Shown piece by piece: positions 10,553 to 20,368 of a stretch of DNA of 64,000 nucleotides (within the stretch, counting starts at the first letter, position 1; each line of letters opens with the position of its first letter). The notes beneath the pieces were generated by a model. It was not told the DNA's origin, made no database searches, and saw only the letters and a program-made list of their open reading frames with translations. Position numbers and translations under genes: made by a program. The stretch lies in sequence record MT366760.1. One strand, written 5' to 3'.

Positions 10553-11230
10553 TTAAGATATTGGATACTTACCGATTCTGTCGTAACGGTTGTCTACCCA
10601 TTCAAAGAACTTATCTAATTTACCTTTAGATTTATTTTTTACGTTCTTTGCAAAACCATTGGCAAGTAGTTGCGTCGCCATGGGTACTGTCTCAATGTAA
10701 TTACCTAGCATGTAAGTGTCAGAAGCCCACTTACCACCCGCAATGCCCATATCAAGGAGCTTAGCTAAGTATTCGCCATTCTGCTTAGTAGTGGTGTAAT
10801 CGTTAGCACTGTCAGAATAGCGCTTTTTCCACTTATCGAACTTAGGGTCTCTTGGGTTTTCACCAAGCAACCTTAATAGCAGTTCACCGTTCTTAAGCAT
10901 GGCGTGAGTTTGTTGTTCTTGGAATAAGACAGCGTGTAAACATTCATGAAGAAGAATGCTCCAACCATATTTATCCTTAAACACTTTGGGAGTTACTTTG
11001 ATTATCCGCTTATTCGTCTTACCAGACCACTCAATTGAGTAAGCAGCAAAACCCCCACCTGGTAATGATTTTACCGCAGTGAAGGGTTTGATGCGTAACC
11101 AACTCTGAATAGGTGGTTTATATTTGGCGGGTACTTTCTTAAGCATAGCTCGTACAGCGTCATCCTTAATAGGGGTACCCTTTTCAGTGACCAATAGGGA
11201 ACGGGCGGCAATGACCTCAATCCGTTTCAT
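10553..11230 (-). CDS. HExxH zinc metallopeptidase (SprT/zincin-like)
   Basis: ILLHECLHAVL motif; N-terminal MKRIEVIAA motif. Confidence 0.65.
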   Translation of the reverse strand: MKRIEVIAARSLLVTEKGTPIKDDAVRAMLKKVPAKYKPPIQSWLRIKPFTAVKSLPGGGFAAYSIEWSGKTNKRIIKVTPKVFKDKYGWSILLHECLHAVLFQEQQTHAMLKNGELLLRLLGENPRDPKFDKWKKRYSDSANDYTTTKQNGEYLAKLLDMGIAGGKWASDTYMLGNYIETVPMATQLLANGFAKNVKNKSKGKLDKFFEWVDNRYDRIGKYPIS

Positions 11231-11309
11231 AGAATATAAACCTATTGGGTATTAACCGATAGTCGGGGTATAGGCTTAGCTGAGAAAGCAGCTAATATCT
11301 CTTTAATCA

Positions 11310-11813
11310 TTATGACCAATCCTTCTTAATAGGTTGTGCTTGTTCACGGTACAACTTAATTTCAGTATCTTTTAGAACTGAGTCAAGTTCTTCACGAACC
11401 TTCTTAGGCACATTAGCTTCACCCATTGAAAGAGTGATGTGTGGTTGATAGTCAGGCCATGTTGGTTTACCACCCGCTTTCTTCCACTTCTTATGAACTT
11501 TCTGAAGTTCTGGTGATTCTAGTTTAAGAACTAATACGTCTTTGTCCTTACCGAACATATCAGTACCCATAACTTTAGAAGGATAAATGTAATCGGGTTT
11601 AGCCAACTTCATTTGTTTATCTTTAGGGATGTTCTCCGTTGAATACATTGCGGTTACATGCAAAGAACGTGGGTCAACTAACTTGAACCCTGATTCATCA
11701 AACTTATTCAGTACACGGTGTACCTTAGTAAGCAACTGAAACATCGAACTAGGATGTATCCGCAATTCAACATAGGTGCCCCCAATCGCGGAGGCAGCTA
11801 CTTCTTTAATCAT
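11310..11813 (-). CDS. acb1: 2H phosphodiesterase, homologue of anti-CBASS nuclease Acb1 (T4 gp57B)
   Basis: Two HxT motifs (LHVTAMYS; DYQPHITLS), VLVLKLES and C-terminal REQAQPIKKDW parallel the T4 57B motifs as recalled (HSTICYS, DYTPHITLS, LVLVLDS, REYKEPLKLDW). Confidence 0.8.
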   Translation of the reverse strand: MIKEVAASAIGGTYVELRIHPSSMFQLLTKVHRVLNKFDESGFKLVDPRSLHVTAMYSTENIPKDKQMKLAKPDYIYPSKVMGTDMFGKDKDVLVLKLESPELQKVHKKWKKAGGKPTWPDYQPHITLSMGEANVPKKVREELDSVLKDTEIKLYREQAQPIKKDWS

Positions 11814-13642
11814 ATGTTACCTTTAAGTCTTTCTATTTCTTTCTTGATACGGTTGGCTTCTATATTAAGTTCAACCTTACGATTCATTTGTACTTCGTTG
11901 GCAATTCGCCTACGAATTATTTCCAATTCAGATGTTAATTCGCGTAGCCTACGTAATTCAGTTGAAACCCCAATATCGTCAGGGTCTTTTAAATGGTCTA
12001 GCAGTGTTCTTGCTGTGGTTTTTTGTACTTGACCGAATTCAGAAGATATCCCAATGAATCGAGCTATATTATGTTCTAGTACTAGAACATTAGCTGAGAC
12101 TGAATTAGGAGGGAACCCATATTTATCTATGAGTAAAGCAGCTTTATTATCCGCGTTAGACCTAGCAGCACTTTCTTTATGATAGATCTCAGTCCAGTGT
12201 CTACCATCATAATTTGGTGCCGCCCATAAAACTACGTAGTAAGGATCTAGCACACGTCTCCCCTCGGTTAACTCTGAAAACTCAGTATCATCAAAATATT
12301 GGTACGGAGTAGCCATCTTACTATTGTTTTCAGCAATTGCATCGAACTTAGGTGACACGGGTTTGTTCTTATCCACTGAGTCAGAGAACTTTTCAAGCAT
12401 ACCAAAAATAGGTGGCTTGATAGGTTTCAATGTGTAGGTCTTTTTGGGTTGTGTTATTTCAGTTCCACCGAGTCCATAAGGGAATGTATAAATACCCACA
12501 AACTTAACCTTGTCATTGTCTACGAATAATGATGCACCCCTATAGGCTAAATTTCTATCCTTAAATGCCATAGCATATTTAAAGGTTGAACCACCCGTGG
12601 GTTCATAAACAACTACAAAATTAGGTTTGGCTATCCTACGACCTGAAGGTTCAATGTAATCTAATTTAACGAATTCTTCAAACTCTTCGGCAGTGTTGGT
12701 CTGTGCAAGTGGAACCTTCAACTTATTTTCCAACTTAGATTGCCACGAATGGAACGTCTTACCGTGCCATCCGTTATCCTCGACGAAGTCAGGTCCGAAT
12801 TGTTCATATTGCCATTGATGCACCATTTCATGCGCTAGAGTACTAATCATAAGCCATGCTGTTTGTAGCTTAATTGAATTTAAACGTATCTTTGTGTCGG
12901 GTGAATTATATACTCCACGAGGCCACGAGAATACACCTAAATTCTTTTTATTTTTAAGTGTTAATATGAACTCAGGTATTTCTTTTAATGTACCTTTGAA
13001 CACCTCTGAATCAATGTAGTAGAAACCTGATCTTACTAGAGCTTGTGACAACACTATTTTCTGAGATTTGTCTCGGAAGAATTCTATGATAGGCTGATCT
13101 GTGATAGTAAGTGATTCATAAGCAACGGCTCTTGAAGTCATTTTCCAGTCACGAACACGCAAAACGTTAGAGTCCCTTTCAAGTAACCCATTATACTTAA
13201 CGTTTACTTCAGTGTATGCGTCAGTTTCTATAACTAAGGAAGAACCCTTGGCGTAAACTACAACACCGTAAGTATATTTGTCGGAGCCCTTATTTTTAAA
13301 AGCAACACGCTCACCTGCGGTTATATCCCTAGTCTTATTAGATGACTTATCATTCTTAGAAGTAGAGAGCCATTTGTCTAAGTTTCTTGGTTTTATCTCT
13401 GATTTACGTTTTTTAGATTTAAGCGCGTGTCCGAGTATCCCGACTTTAGAGGATGTAGCTTTATATTGCCACTTCTCACCGTCATCAAACAAAACGTAAA
13501 CTAGATTATTAGCACGTGATATCTTAGTAACAGAAGCAACGTAGTACTCAGGTTCCTTTGTAGTATTGATGTTTACAACTACACGGTCACCCTTAGAGTA
13601 ATTATCAATAAGGGCACTAACTATGATGTGTTTAAATGACAA
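11810..13642 (-). CDS. two Tudor/SH3-like domains fused to a SprT-like metalloprotease
   Basis: LAHEMVHQWQ..HGKTF SprT motif; N-terminal domain paralogous to 6340..8148. Start moved to the TTG at 13642 (AAGGAG upstream), which removes the overlap with 13701..15050 and gives MSFKHIIVSA. Confidence 0.75.
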   Translation of the reverse strand: MSFKHIIVSALIDNYSKGDRVVVNINTTKEPEYYVASVTKISRANNLVYVLFDDGEKWQYKATSSKVGILGHALKSKKRKSEIKPRNLDKWLSTSKNDKSSNKTRDITAGERVAFKNKGSDKYTYGVVVYAKGSSLVIETDAYTEVNVKYNGLLERDSNVLRVRDWKMTSRAVAYESLTITDQPIIEFFRDKSQKIVLSQALVRSGFYYIDSEVFKGTLKEIPEFILTLKNKKNLGVFSWPRGVYNSPDTKIRLNSIKLQTAWLMISTLAHEMVHQWQYEQFGPDFVEDNGWHGKTFHSWQSKLENKLKVPLAQTNTAEEFEEFVKLDYIEPSGRRIAKPNFVVVYEPTGGSTFKYAMAFKDRNLAYRGASLFVDNDKVKFVGIYTFPYGLGGTEITQPKKTYTLKPIKPPIFGMLEKFSDSVDKNKPVSPKFDAIAENNSKMATPYQYFDDTEFSELTEGRRVLDPYYVVLWAAPNYDGRHWTEIYHKESAARSNADNKAALLIDKYGFPPNSVSANVLVLEHNIARFIGISSEFGQVQKTTARTLLDHLKDPDDIGVSTELRRLRELTSELEIIRRRIANEVQMNRKVELNIEANRIKKEIERLKGNI

Positions 13643-13700
13643 ATTTAGCACTCCTTTGAAGTTAGGAAGAGGGGTGATGGTGTACCACCCCTCGTGTTCA

Positions 13701-15050
13701 CTACTGGCGAACCTTCTTACGAAGCTCCACACGGTCTTTAACAGCACATAATTTACCATAGGCGTCTTGCATTTCTGCATAATCCTCGGTAGTCATGTAT
13801 TCATAACCGGATTCAAGCATCTTAGTAGCGTCCATGATTCGACCCATTAGGGGAACAGAATCATCCTGCATTGCAGTAACAACGCTCGCCATTTGCTCTT
13901 GAACGGATGCCCATTCAGACATAGGACGTTGTTGTTGGTAGCGCATACCATCTGGCATACCCATCCCTGCTGCGCGTGGTGAATTGAATTGACCAACACC
14001 CATTGGGATTTGTAGACCTTTAGTGAAGGACTCGTTGATATCGAATTCGTCGTCACCGTCAGCTTGTTCACCACCTGAAGCGTGATTAAGAATAGAGTTC
14101 TTAAGCGTTGCTTCGAATAGTTGTGCAGCTTGTTGCATCTGTTCCAACGACATAGGATAGCTACTCTGGCGCATTGCTTCCATTAGGTATCCAGTGATAT
14201 CATAGGTCATCTTGTTATCTGAATCTAGGGCTGCTAATGTGTCACCACCACCAGTGTAGTAGCCTTCCGGATTAGCCGCAGGGTAACCGAAGAAGTACGC
14301 ACATGATGGGCAGTAGCCAGTCGAAGGCCAAATTTGTTTCAATTGACAGCGTGGGCATGTCATGTTCAGAGCAACTGAAGACTCTTCTTTTTCCATACCG
14401 TCGTTGGTTTGTGTTGAACCATCATTATCAACTTCTTTGTCTTCTAGTTCTTTGACTTTTTCGTCAACGACCTGCGGAGCATCTTCTTCACCTTCGCCAC
14501 CCATATGCATTGTTTGGTCAGGGCGGTTAGATGGGAAGAAAGGACTGTCATTGTGCTTACCAAAAGGTGTACCGTAGTACTGACATGATGCATCAAGATA
14601 CATGTGCACGTCTTCCTGTTTAACACCATCAGTAGATACATCACCATTCCAACGACCAATGATACCTATACCGCTGTTTGTTGGGGCGAATGTTTCTGTT
14701 TCACCGTTGATGCTAACTGATACCTTCTTACCAACGCGAGTAATTTCACCCGCGTGGAATTGTGGGTTACCCCAAGATGGTCCTTTGTTGACAAGTACTT
14801 TTTCGCCTTTGTTGTAGCGAATGTTACCTGCTTCTTCTTTAACCATCCCGTCTTGACCAGGTTCCTTTTTAGTATTCCATGAGGAATCTAACTCATTATA
14901 GAACTCAATCTTTTGTGATGGTGTTAGTTGATTAGGAGAAGTAACGTTGTACTTCTTCAACATGTTTTCGAAAAGCTCTTGATATGAAGAAGCTACCACG
15001 TTCATGCGACTAGCGACGTTAGCAGCTACCTGTTTAACTCCGTTTCTCAT
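13701..15050 (-). CDS. hypothetical probable head-associated protein (SH3-like domain, CxxC Zn ribbon, acidic linker)
   Basis: YNKGEKVLV..AGEITRVG barrel; CPRC/CPSC; N-terminal VKQVAA/NVVAS motif. Confidence 0.6.
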   Translation of the reverse strand: MRNGVKQVAANVASRMNVVASSYQELFENMLKKYNVTSPNQLTPSQKIEFYNELDSSWNTKKEPGQDGMVKEEAGNIRYNKGEKVLVNKGPSWGNPQFHAGEITRVGKKVSVSINGETETFAPTNSGIGIIGRWNGDVSTDGVKQEDVHMYLDASCQYYGTPFGKHNDSPFFPSNRPDQTMHMGGEGEEDAPQVVDEKVKELEDKEVDNDGSTQTNDGMEKEESSVALNMTCPRCQLKQIWPSTGYCPSCAYFFGYPAANPEGYYTGGGDTLAALDSDNKMTYDITGYLMEAMRQSSYPMSLEQMQQAAQLFEATLKNSILNHASGGEQADGDDEFDINESFTKGLQIPMGVGQFNSPRAAGMGMPDGMRYQQQRPMSEWASVQEQMASVVTAMQDDSVPLMGRIMDATKMLESGYEYMTTEDYAEMQDAYGKLCAVKDRVELRKKVRQ

Positions 15051-15059
15051 GGTAGCTCC

Positions 15060-15884
15060 TTATACTAGGCTTGAGTTCTCTAGTTCAGTTTCTAATTGGA
15101 CATAGAAGTCTGGGTTAGATTGAGCTACAGCAACAAAATAGTCTTTAAGTTGTTGTGGGTCAGACAGGTCATCAAAGTTAGAAGCGATTTCTGCGTTAAC
15201 ATCCATGCCATTCATATTAACTACCTGAACAACTTGTGATGCGTCAACACCTGCTACTACTGTGAATGAGTCAGTTGAGATGATTGAATTTTCAGTAACA
15301 CGGTAACCGTAATCAACCGCCGCTGTTTCTGTATTAACGAAAGCAACGTATTCTGCGGCTTCGATAGAAACCTCACTGCCGATAGGTTCAATAGTTGCTT
15401 CAACGTTAGCTACTTCTTTGTTACGAGTAGAAGCAAGTGAAACCAATTCACTTAAGTCTTCTTGGAACTGACGTGTGATGAATTTAGCACCAGACTCGGA
15501 AGCAGACACCTGCCACATTGAGCTATCAACTTCATCCATCAGGATGTTGCTAGACATCTCACGCATACGGCTTGCTACTTCTTCAGTAAGCGGCATTGAT
15601 TCAACGTTAGGTGCAATGAAACCAGATAGTACTACGCGACCAGTGTATGGTGAGATATCAATTGTACGGAATGAATCACGAACTGGACTAACCTTGTTTC
15701 CGAACACGTTAGCAATCGCAGTGTTAGCTTCTTCGCGTGTTTTTGGTGTACTCGAAAGAGTGACAATAACTTTAGCAAGTGCAGGGTTGACTAGGTGATG
15801 GCTAGTAACCTTCGCGATTGCGCCTTGTTGTGTTTTAGCGTGTACGCGAGTTGCAATGCTCTTCATATTAAGACGATTAGACAT
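15060..15884 (-). CDS. hypothetical probable virion structural protein
   Basis: Codon bias like the capsid genes; GGAG RBS; EVAS/EIAS motifs. Confidence 0.55.
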   Translation of the reverse strand: MSNRLNMKSIATRVHAKTQQGAIAKVTSHHLVNPALAKVIVTLSSTPKTREEANTAIANVFGNKVSPVRDSFRTIDISPYTGRVVLSGFIAPNVESMPLTEEVASRMREMSSNILMDEVDSSMWQVSASESGAKFITRQFQEDLSELVSLASTRNKEVANVEATIEPIGSEVSIEAAEYVAFVNTETAAVDYGYRVTENSIISTDSFTVVAGVDASQVVQVVNMNGMDVNAEIASNFDDLSDPQQLKDYFVAVAQSNPDFYVQLETELENSSLV

Positions 15885-15909
15885 CGTGTGTCTCCTGTGT
15901 GTTTAGCGT

Positions 15910-16626
15910 TTATTCAATATTCATATTAGGGTGCCAGTCTTGACCGGATAGGTTACCACCGCCGCGAATCATTGGGGATAGTGTAGCACCAGTAGCACCT
16001 TGAACTCGACCTTTCCAAGCGGAGCCGTCACCCGACGAAATACCTTTCTTGGCTAGATAAGCTTTGTGATTTTCGATACCCTTCTCGATTTGTTGCTCGA
16101 TGAAAGATGCTTGATTTTCTAGGTATTGAGTTACGTCCACGGTTAACTGAATTGCCGCACCTTGATAATCGAATGAAGTTAGACCTTCTTCTAGGTAACG
16201 GATTCTTAATGCAACTAGTTGGCTATACATCATCCAATAACCATAAATAGCGCCTCGAGCGTTGGTCATGGTGATGTAGGTTGGACGTGCAGCGGAATTG
16301 TACATATCCATGCCTGATTTCAACCAGTTCATGTAGTCAACATCAGAAAACTCTAAGCTATCTAGTCTCAAATGTTTATTGAGTCGGTCAACATACAAAC
16401 GTAGCTCTTGGGCTGCTTGCATGATAACTGGACTCTGTACGTAGACGTTCTTAGACGTGTAATTAGACGTTCCGTCCTCAGTAAATACCACGTTATATGG
16501 AATTAGTGAGGGTTGTAGCAAATCTTCGCTTATAGTCAAAGATACATCGCCTAATGCGTTAGTTTCTAGTGCTTGTTCCTGCACTAGTGTGTTACCTGAG
16601 TATACTTTAGCTGTGATACTAGCCAT
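15910..16626 (-). CDS. probable head-tail adaptor / neck protein
   Basis: ELRLYVDR..FSDVDYMNWL..GMDMYN and SFDYQG..LTVD pattern typical of adaptor proteins; context. Confidence 0.45.
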   Translation of the reverse strand: MASITAKVYSGNTLVQEQALETNALGDVSLTISEDLLQPSLIPYNVVFTEDGTSNYTSKNVYVQSPVIMQAAQELRLYVDRLNKHLRLDSLEFSDVDYMNWLKSGMDMYNSAARPTYITMTNARGAIYGYWMMYSQLVALRIRYLEEGLTSFDYQGAAIQLTVDVTQYLENQASFIEQQIEKGIENHKAYLAKKGISSGDGSAWKGRVQGATGATLSPMIRGGGNLSGQDWHPNMNIE

Positions 16627-16634
16627 GGTATTCC

Positions 16635-18044
16635 TTAATCAAATATAATGCACTTGGCGGTTACAATTGAACCAGGTTTCAATGCGTGACCAGTTGCGGT
16701 ATTACCTGTTGGGTTTTCCAACTTGACCTCAAAGTATCGTGCGTTAGCGGGAACAGCACGAGTAAGAGTAGGGATGGAAATGGTGAATTGGTCTGAAACG
16801 TCGGCTGACGATTGAGAAACTTGGAGTGGTAATGCAGACGATGGGTAATCAACATCGACGAATGCAGTTACGTCTGTTACTGCAATGTCTATTGTGTGGT
16901 CAGATCCAGTATCACCAGTGTTCACGACGACGGATAAAGGACTACCCATTTTAGCGTAGTACTCATTAGCAGTGAAGGAGTAGAAGTAGTCGTCTTCCTT
17001 CACAGTGGCTGAAGCTTCTGCTGTACCACGAGTAGCGTTATCCGAAACAGAATTCACTAGAAGTTTGAATAGTAAGTCACCTTGAGATATTTCATCATTA
17101 GTGATTACTACATGAACCTGAGCTGTTGTTTGACCCGTAGGTATAACAACACTACCAGTAGCAGCAACGTAGTCTGTACCCGCAATTGCAGTTGAGTCTT
17201 GAGTAGCATAGTTGATAACAACCGGACTAAGGACTGCGAAGCTCGCAGTGAACGTGAAGGTTGCTGTTGATGCGTCCTCATTAACAACGATATCCGCAAC
17301 GGTGATGATAGGCAAATCGTTATCTTGAATAGTACATTTGAAACTAGTTGTTGAATGTGATGCACCCTCAACATTAAAGATATCTAAAACGAATGCTCTA
17401 TCAAGTTCACCAAGTGAATTGTCAACAGTAGGTACTGAAACGGTGAACGATGTTGAACCTGCCGGTATGGTTACATGACCTGACTGAGGAACGAAATCAC
17501 CGCTAGTCGTGGTCAACGCACGTGTTGCATAGACAAAGGTAACGTCAGACGTAGAGGCAACTGATAAGTTGAAAACAAAATCAGCGACTTCACCTTCGTT
17601 AATCGTGATATCTGAACTGGACAACACGGGTACGGTATGGGCTAGGTGTGGGAAGTTAACACTAACGACAATAGGTACACCCTGCATTTCTACAAGTGTG
17701 TCATCAACGGCAGCCGTGTCCATATCTGCAACGGTGAAGGTTACCGTGTTAGTATACTTAGTGCTACTGGTCTTAGCGGTGACATTGAACTTGATGAAAT
17801 AGGTTGTGATTGTCTCGATGGGTAAGTTAACTGGAACCATAACCCTAGCTTTAAGAGACATACTGGTTTGACCGGATGGTAAGGCATTTACTACAGGTGG
17901 TTCACAAACACCTTGTGCGTATAGAACACCGGATTCATCCATTAGTTCCCAGAGACAACTTGAGTTAATCAAGTCTTCTTCATTGGCGACAAAAATAGTC
18001 GAATTGAAGATGTGTGTATCACCTATTGATAATTCAGGTGTCAT
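16635..18044 (-). CDS. Calx-beta (Ig-like) repeat virion protein
   Basis: Two clear Calx-beta repeats (ITINEG..VYAT..GDF..SG.VTIPAG.T..V...DN..E.D..F; IVVNED..YATQDSTAIAGTDY..GSVVIPTGQT..ITNDEI) and a third degenerate one. Confidence 0.8.
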   Translation of the reverse strand: MTPELSIGDTHIFNSTIFVANEEDLINSSCLWELMDESGVLYAQGVCEPPVVNALPSGQTSMSLKARVMVPVNLPIETITTYFIKFNVTAKTSSTKYTNTVTFTVADMDTAAVDDTLVEMQGVPIVVSVNFPHLAHTVPVLSSSDITINEGEVADFVFNLSVASTSDVTFVYATRALTTTSGDFVPQSGHVTIPAGSTSFTVSVPTVDNSLGELDRAFVLDIFNVEGASHSTTSFKCTIQDNDLPIITVADIVVNEDASTATFTFTASFAVLSPVVINYATQDSTAIAGTDYVAATGSVVIPTGQTTAQVHVVITNDEISQGDLLFKLLVNSVSDNATRGTAEASATVKEDDYFYSFTANEYYAKMGSPLSVVVNTGDTGSDHTIDIAVTDVTAFVDVDYPSSALPLQVSQSSADVSDQFTISIPTLTRAVPANARYFEVKLENPTGNTATGHALKPGSIVTAKCIIFD

Positions 18045-18474
18045 TTTCGTTATCCTCCCGTTCTACTAACTCTTCAAGATCATTCTCACTTAAGAAGTCT
18101 TTTACGTTTAAAGATTCAACGGGTTTCATCCAAATTGGAACACCGTTACGTTCTCGGTATTGGTAGCTATGCTTACCATCATCATCAGGAATAAACTTAC
18201 CGTGTTTATTCCAGAAGAAGTCAGCGCGTATCTCATCGTTAGAATCAACTACGATAGCATGGGTGACGAATACACTGTTCTTTTCCTTAGAACCCAATAG
18301 GTGTATTGTCTCTGTACCGTCAGCGTATTTGGTCAGATACTTAGCGATAAGTCCGTGGCAGTCTTTGCCGTGCGCGGGTGCCATCGGGTCATTAATACCC
18401 TTAAGCGTATTAACCATGCGCTTCTTCCATGAGTGACCAGTCATAGCTAGAGTGGCAGCGTGTTCTTTTATCAT
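18034..18474 (-). CDS. hypothetical protein (146 aa)
   Basis: Coupled ORF overlapping both neighbours. Confidence 0.65.
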   Translation of the reverse strand: MIKEHAATLAMTGHSWKKRMVNTLKGINDPMAPAHGKDCHGLIAKYLTKYADGTETIHLLGSKEKNSVFVTHAIVVDSNDEIRADFFWNKHGKFIPDDDGKHSYQYRERNGVPIWMKPVESLNVKDFLSENDLEELVEREDNENDT

Positions 18475-19268
18475 AGGAACCCTTCCGACGTTAGCAGTGA
18501 TTTTAAAGTTGTGATTGCGTCATCAACAGAGGAAACTTGACGACCATGTGGGAAAGTTGCAGGAGCACGGAACCCAGGTAATGTGTTAACATAGAATGTA
18601 TCCTTACCAGAGCTGTCCTTAATGTGTGTTGCTACCACACAGTAGTTCTTATACGTGAAACCGGATACGTCTTCAAGACTGCTGAATTCTAAGTATGTTG
18701 TGTAGCGCATACTGGTCTTGTTGTTGGCGTAAACATCAAGTATTTTAGCTTCTGATGTAGTTCGTGCTTTATCGTTAAGAGCAACGTGAGCCATATCGAA
18801 TGTACGTTGAACAAATTCGGAGAAGTCCTGAGTCACATATGATTCGTAGTTGGACTTAAGTAGGGATTTGTATTCGGTCATACGCATTGCGACGTTTGTC
18901 TTGAGTGCCGCAACGTTTGACATGACGGAATCATATAGGTCGTCATCCTTGAATTTGTATTTGACTAGAGACTCAATTGATTCTAGTTGTGACATCAATT
19001 CTTGTAGTGCGGAGAGTCTAGCAAAGTTGTTATCAACTTCACCGATGTCAGGGATGTGTGACCTCCAGTCATAAGTAGGTTGCTCTTCTAGGCTACTTAC
19101 TTCTAGACATTTAGATGCATTTCGCGGGTCAAACGAGTTAGCCAACTCTTCGTCGCTAGCCACCTTATTCAAAATGTTAGATAAGGCAGTGAGTACCTCG
19201 CTTGTATTTCTAAATCGAAATGCATCCAACTTAGAGAACGAAGCTACTTCAATTCGTTTAATACTCAT
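18471..19268 (-). CDS. hypothetical protein
   Basis: Start at 19268 (AAGGA RBS) gives MSIKRIEVAS, the shared N-terminal motif. Confidence 0.7.
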   Translation of the reverse strand: MSIKRIEVASFSKLDAFRFRNTSEVLTALSNILNKVASDEELANSFDPRNASKCLEVSSLEEQPTYDWRSHIPDIGEVDNNFARLSALQELMSQLESIESLVKYKFKDDDLYDSVMSNVAALKTNVAMRMTEYKSLLKSNYESYVTQDFSEFVQRTFDMAHVALNDKARTTSEAKILDVYANNKTSMRYTTYLEFSSLEDVSGFTYKNYCVVATHIKDSSGKDTFYVNTLPGFRAPATFPHGRQVSSVDDAITTLKSLLTSEGFL

Positions 19269-19277
19269 AAGCATTCC

Positions 19278-20342
19278 TTATAGAATGTCGTGTACGTTTT
19301 CTTGTTCATGTACAAGTCTGGTGTTAAGTTCCCAGTTGATTACGGTCTTAGCCGAATCATAGACGGGTGTCATTTCAGTGACTTGCCATATTCTGTTGTA
19401 TTTGTTTTCTTTTACGATACTCCACCGAGGAAGGCTAGGTACATCAGCACCAATGTGCATTTCAGTCTCGCCGTTATCACCAAGTAGATTCTTGGAGAAA
19501 GTTGAGGTTGCGAACTGTGGAAAATCAATGTACGTAACACTATTATTTACAATATAGTTAGCCTCGAAGTGGGTGAACTTACGTGAGGTTGTAATTCGGA
19601 AATTACGAGGAACTCCCGTAGCTAAATCACTAAGGTTAGTTACTGTCACCCAAGAAGTTCCGTCAAACACAAACATCTGATACTCAGCATAAGGTATAGT
19701 GTCGTGATTGTTTCTTAAACGGAACTTAGATATCGTAGCACCAAAAGGTACAACACAAGTAAAGTCAACTGTTGAGGTCTCACCGGATTTAGGAGCGAAA
19801 GCATGTGGAGATACAGTTGAATCCACGGTGAAACCACTACCCATATGCGGTGAAGGTGTGGCTAGCACAAGTCGGTAACCATTAAATAAGTCGTAACCAC
19901 CAACCCAACCGGAGGAATAACACACGGAGCAAGACACAGCACCAAACTCCAAGAAGTCGAAATCCATGTCGTCATCTATCCCATCACCGTCTAAGTCAGA
20001 TTCTACAATGAACCCGTCACTGGTGTTCTCATCACGGTCGAAGTCATCAAAGCTGAACGTTTGACGGTTCGTAACGCCCTGAGTACCTTTGAGTACGGTT
20101 TGGATAGAGTCTTCTGTTAAGTTACCTGATGTATCTAGTAGTTGGGTTTCACCAGAACACGTGCACTCTAAGCCACCAGACTTCCTAATATAAATAGAAG
20201 CGGTTATTTGTCCGGCTTGGAGTGTGTTTAACACCTTTTGCTGTTGTAGTTCGCCATAGAATGGTGTACCCTGAACGGTAGGGTTTACAGCCCTGCGGTT
20301 CATAACATGTAAAGATGTTTTATTCTTCTGAAGTTTAGGCAT
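19278..20342 (-). CDS. probable neck/head-completion protein with Zn-binding motif
   Basis: CTC...CSVCYSSGWVGGY motif; beta-barrel C-terminus (WQVTEM..NWELNTRLV); context. Confidence 0.45.
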   Translation of the reverse strand: MPKLQKNKTSLHVMNRRAVNPTVQGTPFYGELQQQKVLNTLQAGQITASIYIRKSGGLECTCSGETQLLDTSGNLTEDSIQTVLKGTQGVTNRQTFSFDDFDRDENTSDGFIVESDLDGDGIDDDMDFDFLEFGAVSCSVCYSSGWVGGYDLFNGYRLVLATPSPHMGSGFTVDSTVSPHAFAPKSGETSTVDFTCVVPFGATISKFRLRNNHDTIPYAEYQMFVFDGTSWVTVTNLSDLATGVPRNFRITTSRKFTHFEANYIVNNSVTYIDFPQFATSTFSKNLLGDNGETEMHIGADVPSLPRWSIVKENKYNRIWQVTEMTPVYDSAKTVINWELNTRLVHEQENVHDIL

Positions 20343-20368
20343 AAATTACCCCATTTTTAGAGAAAAAA

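Noticed and set aside
13643-13780. N-terminal 46 aa of the tracked 656 aa ORF
   Set aside because: Overlaps the previous gene; AAGGAG plus TTG at 13642 is a better start and restores the shared N-terminal motif
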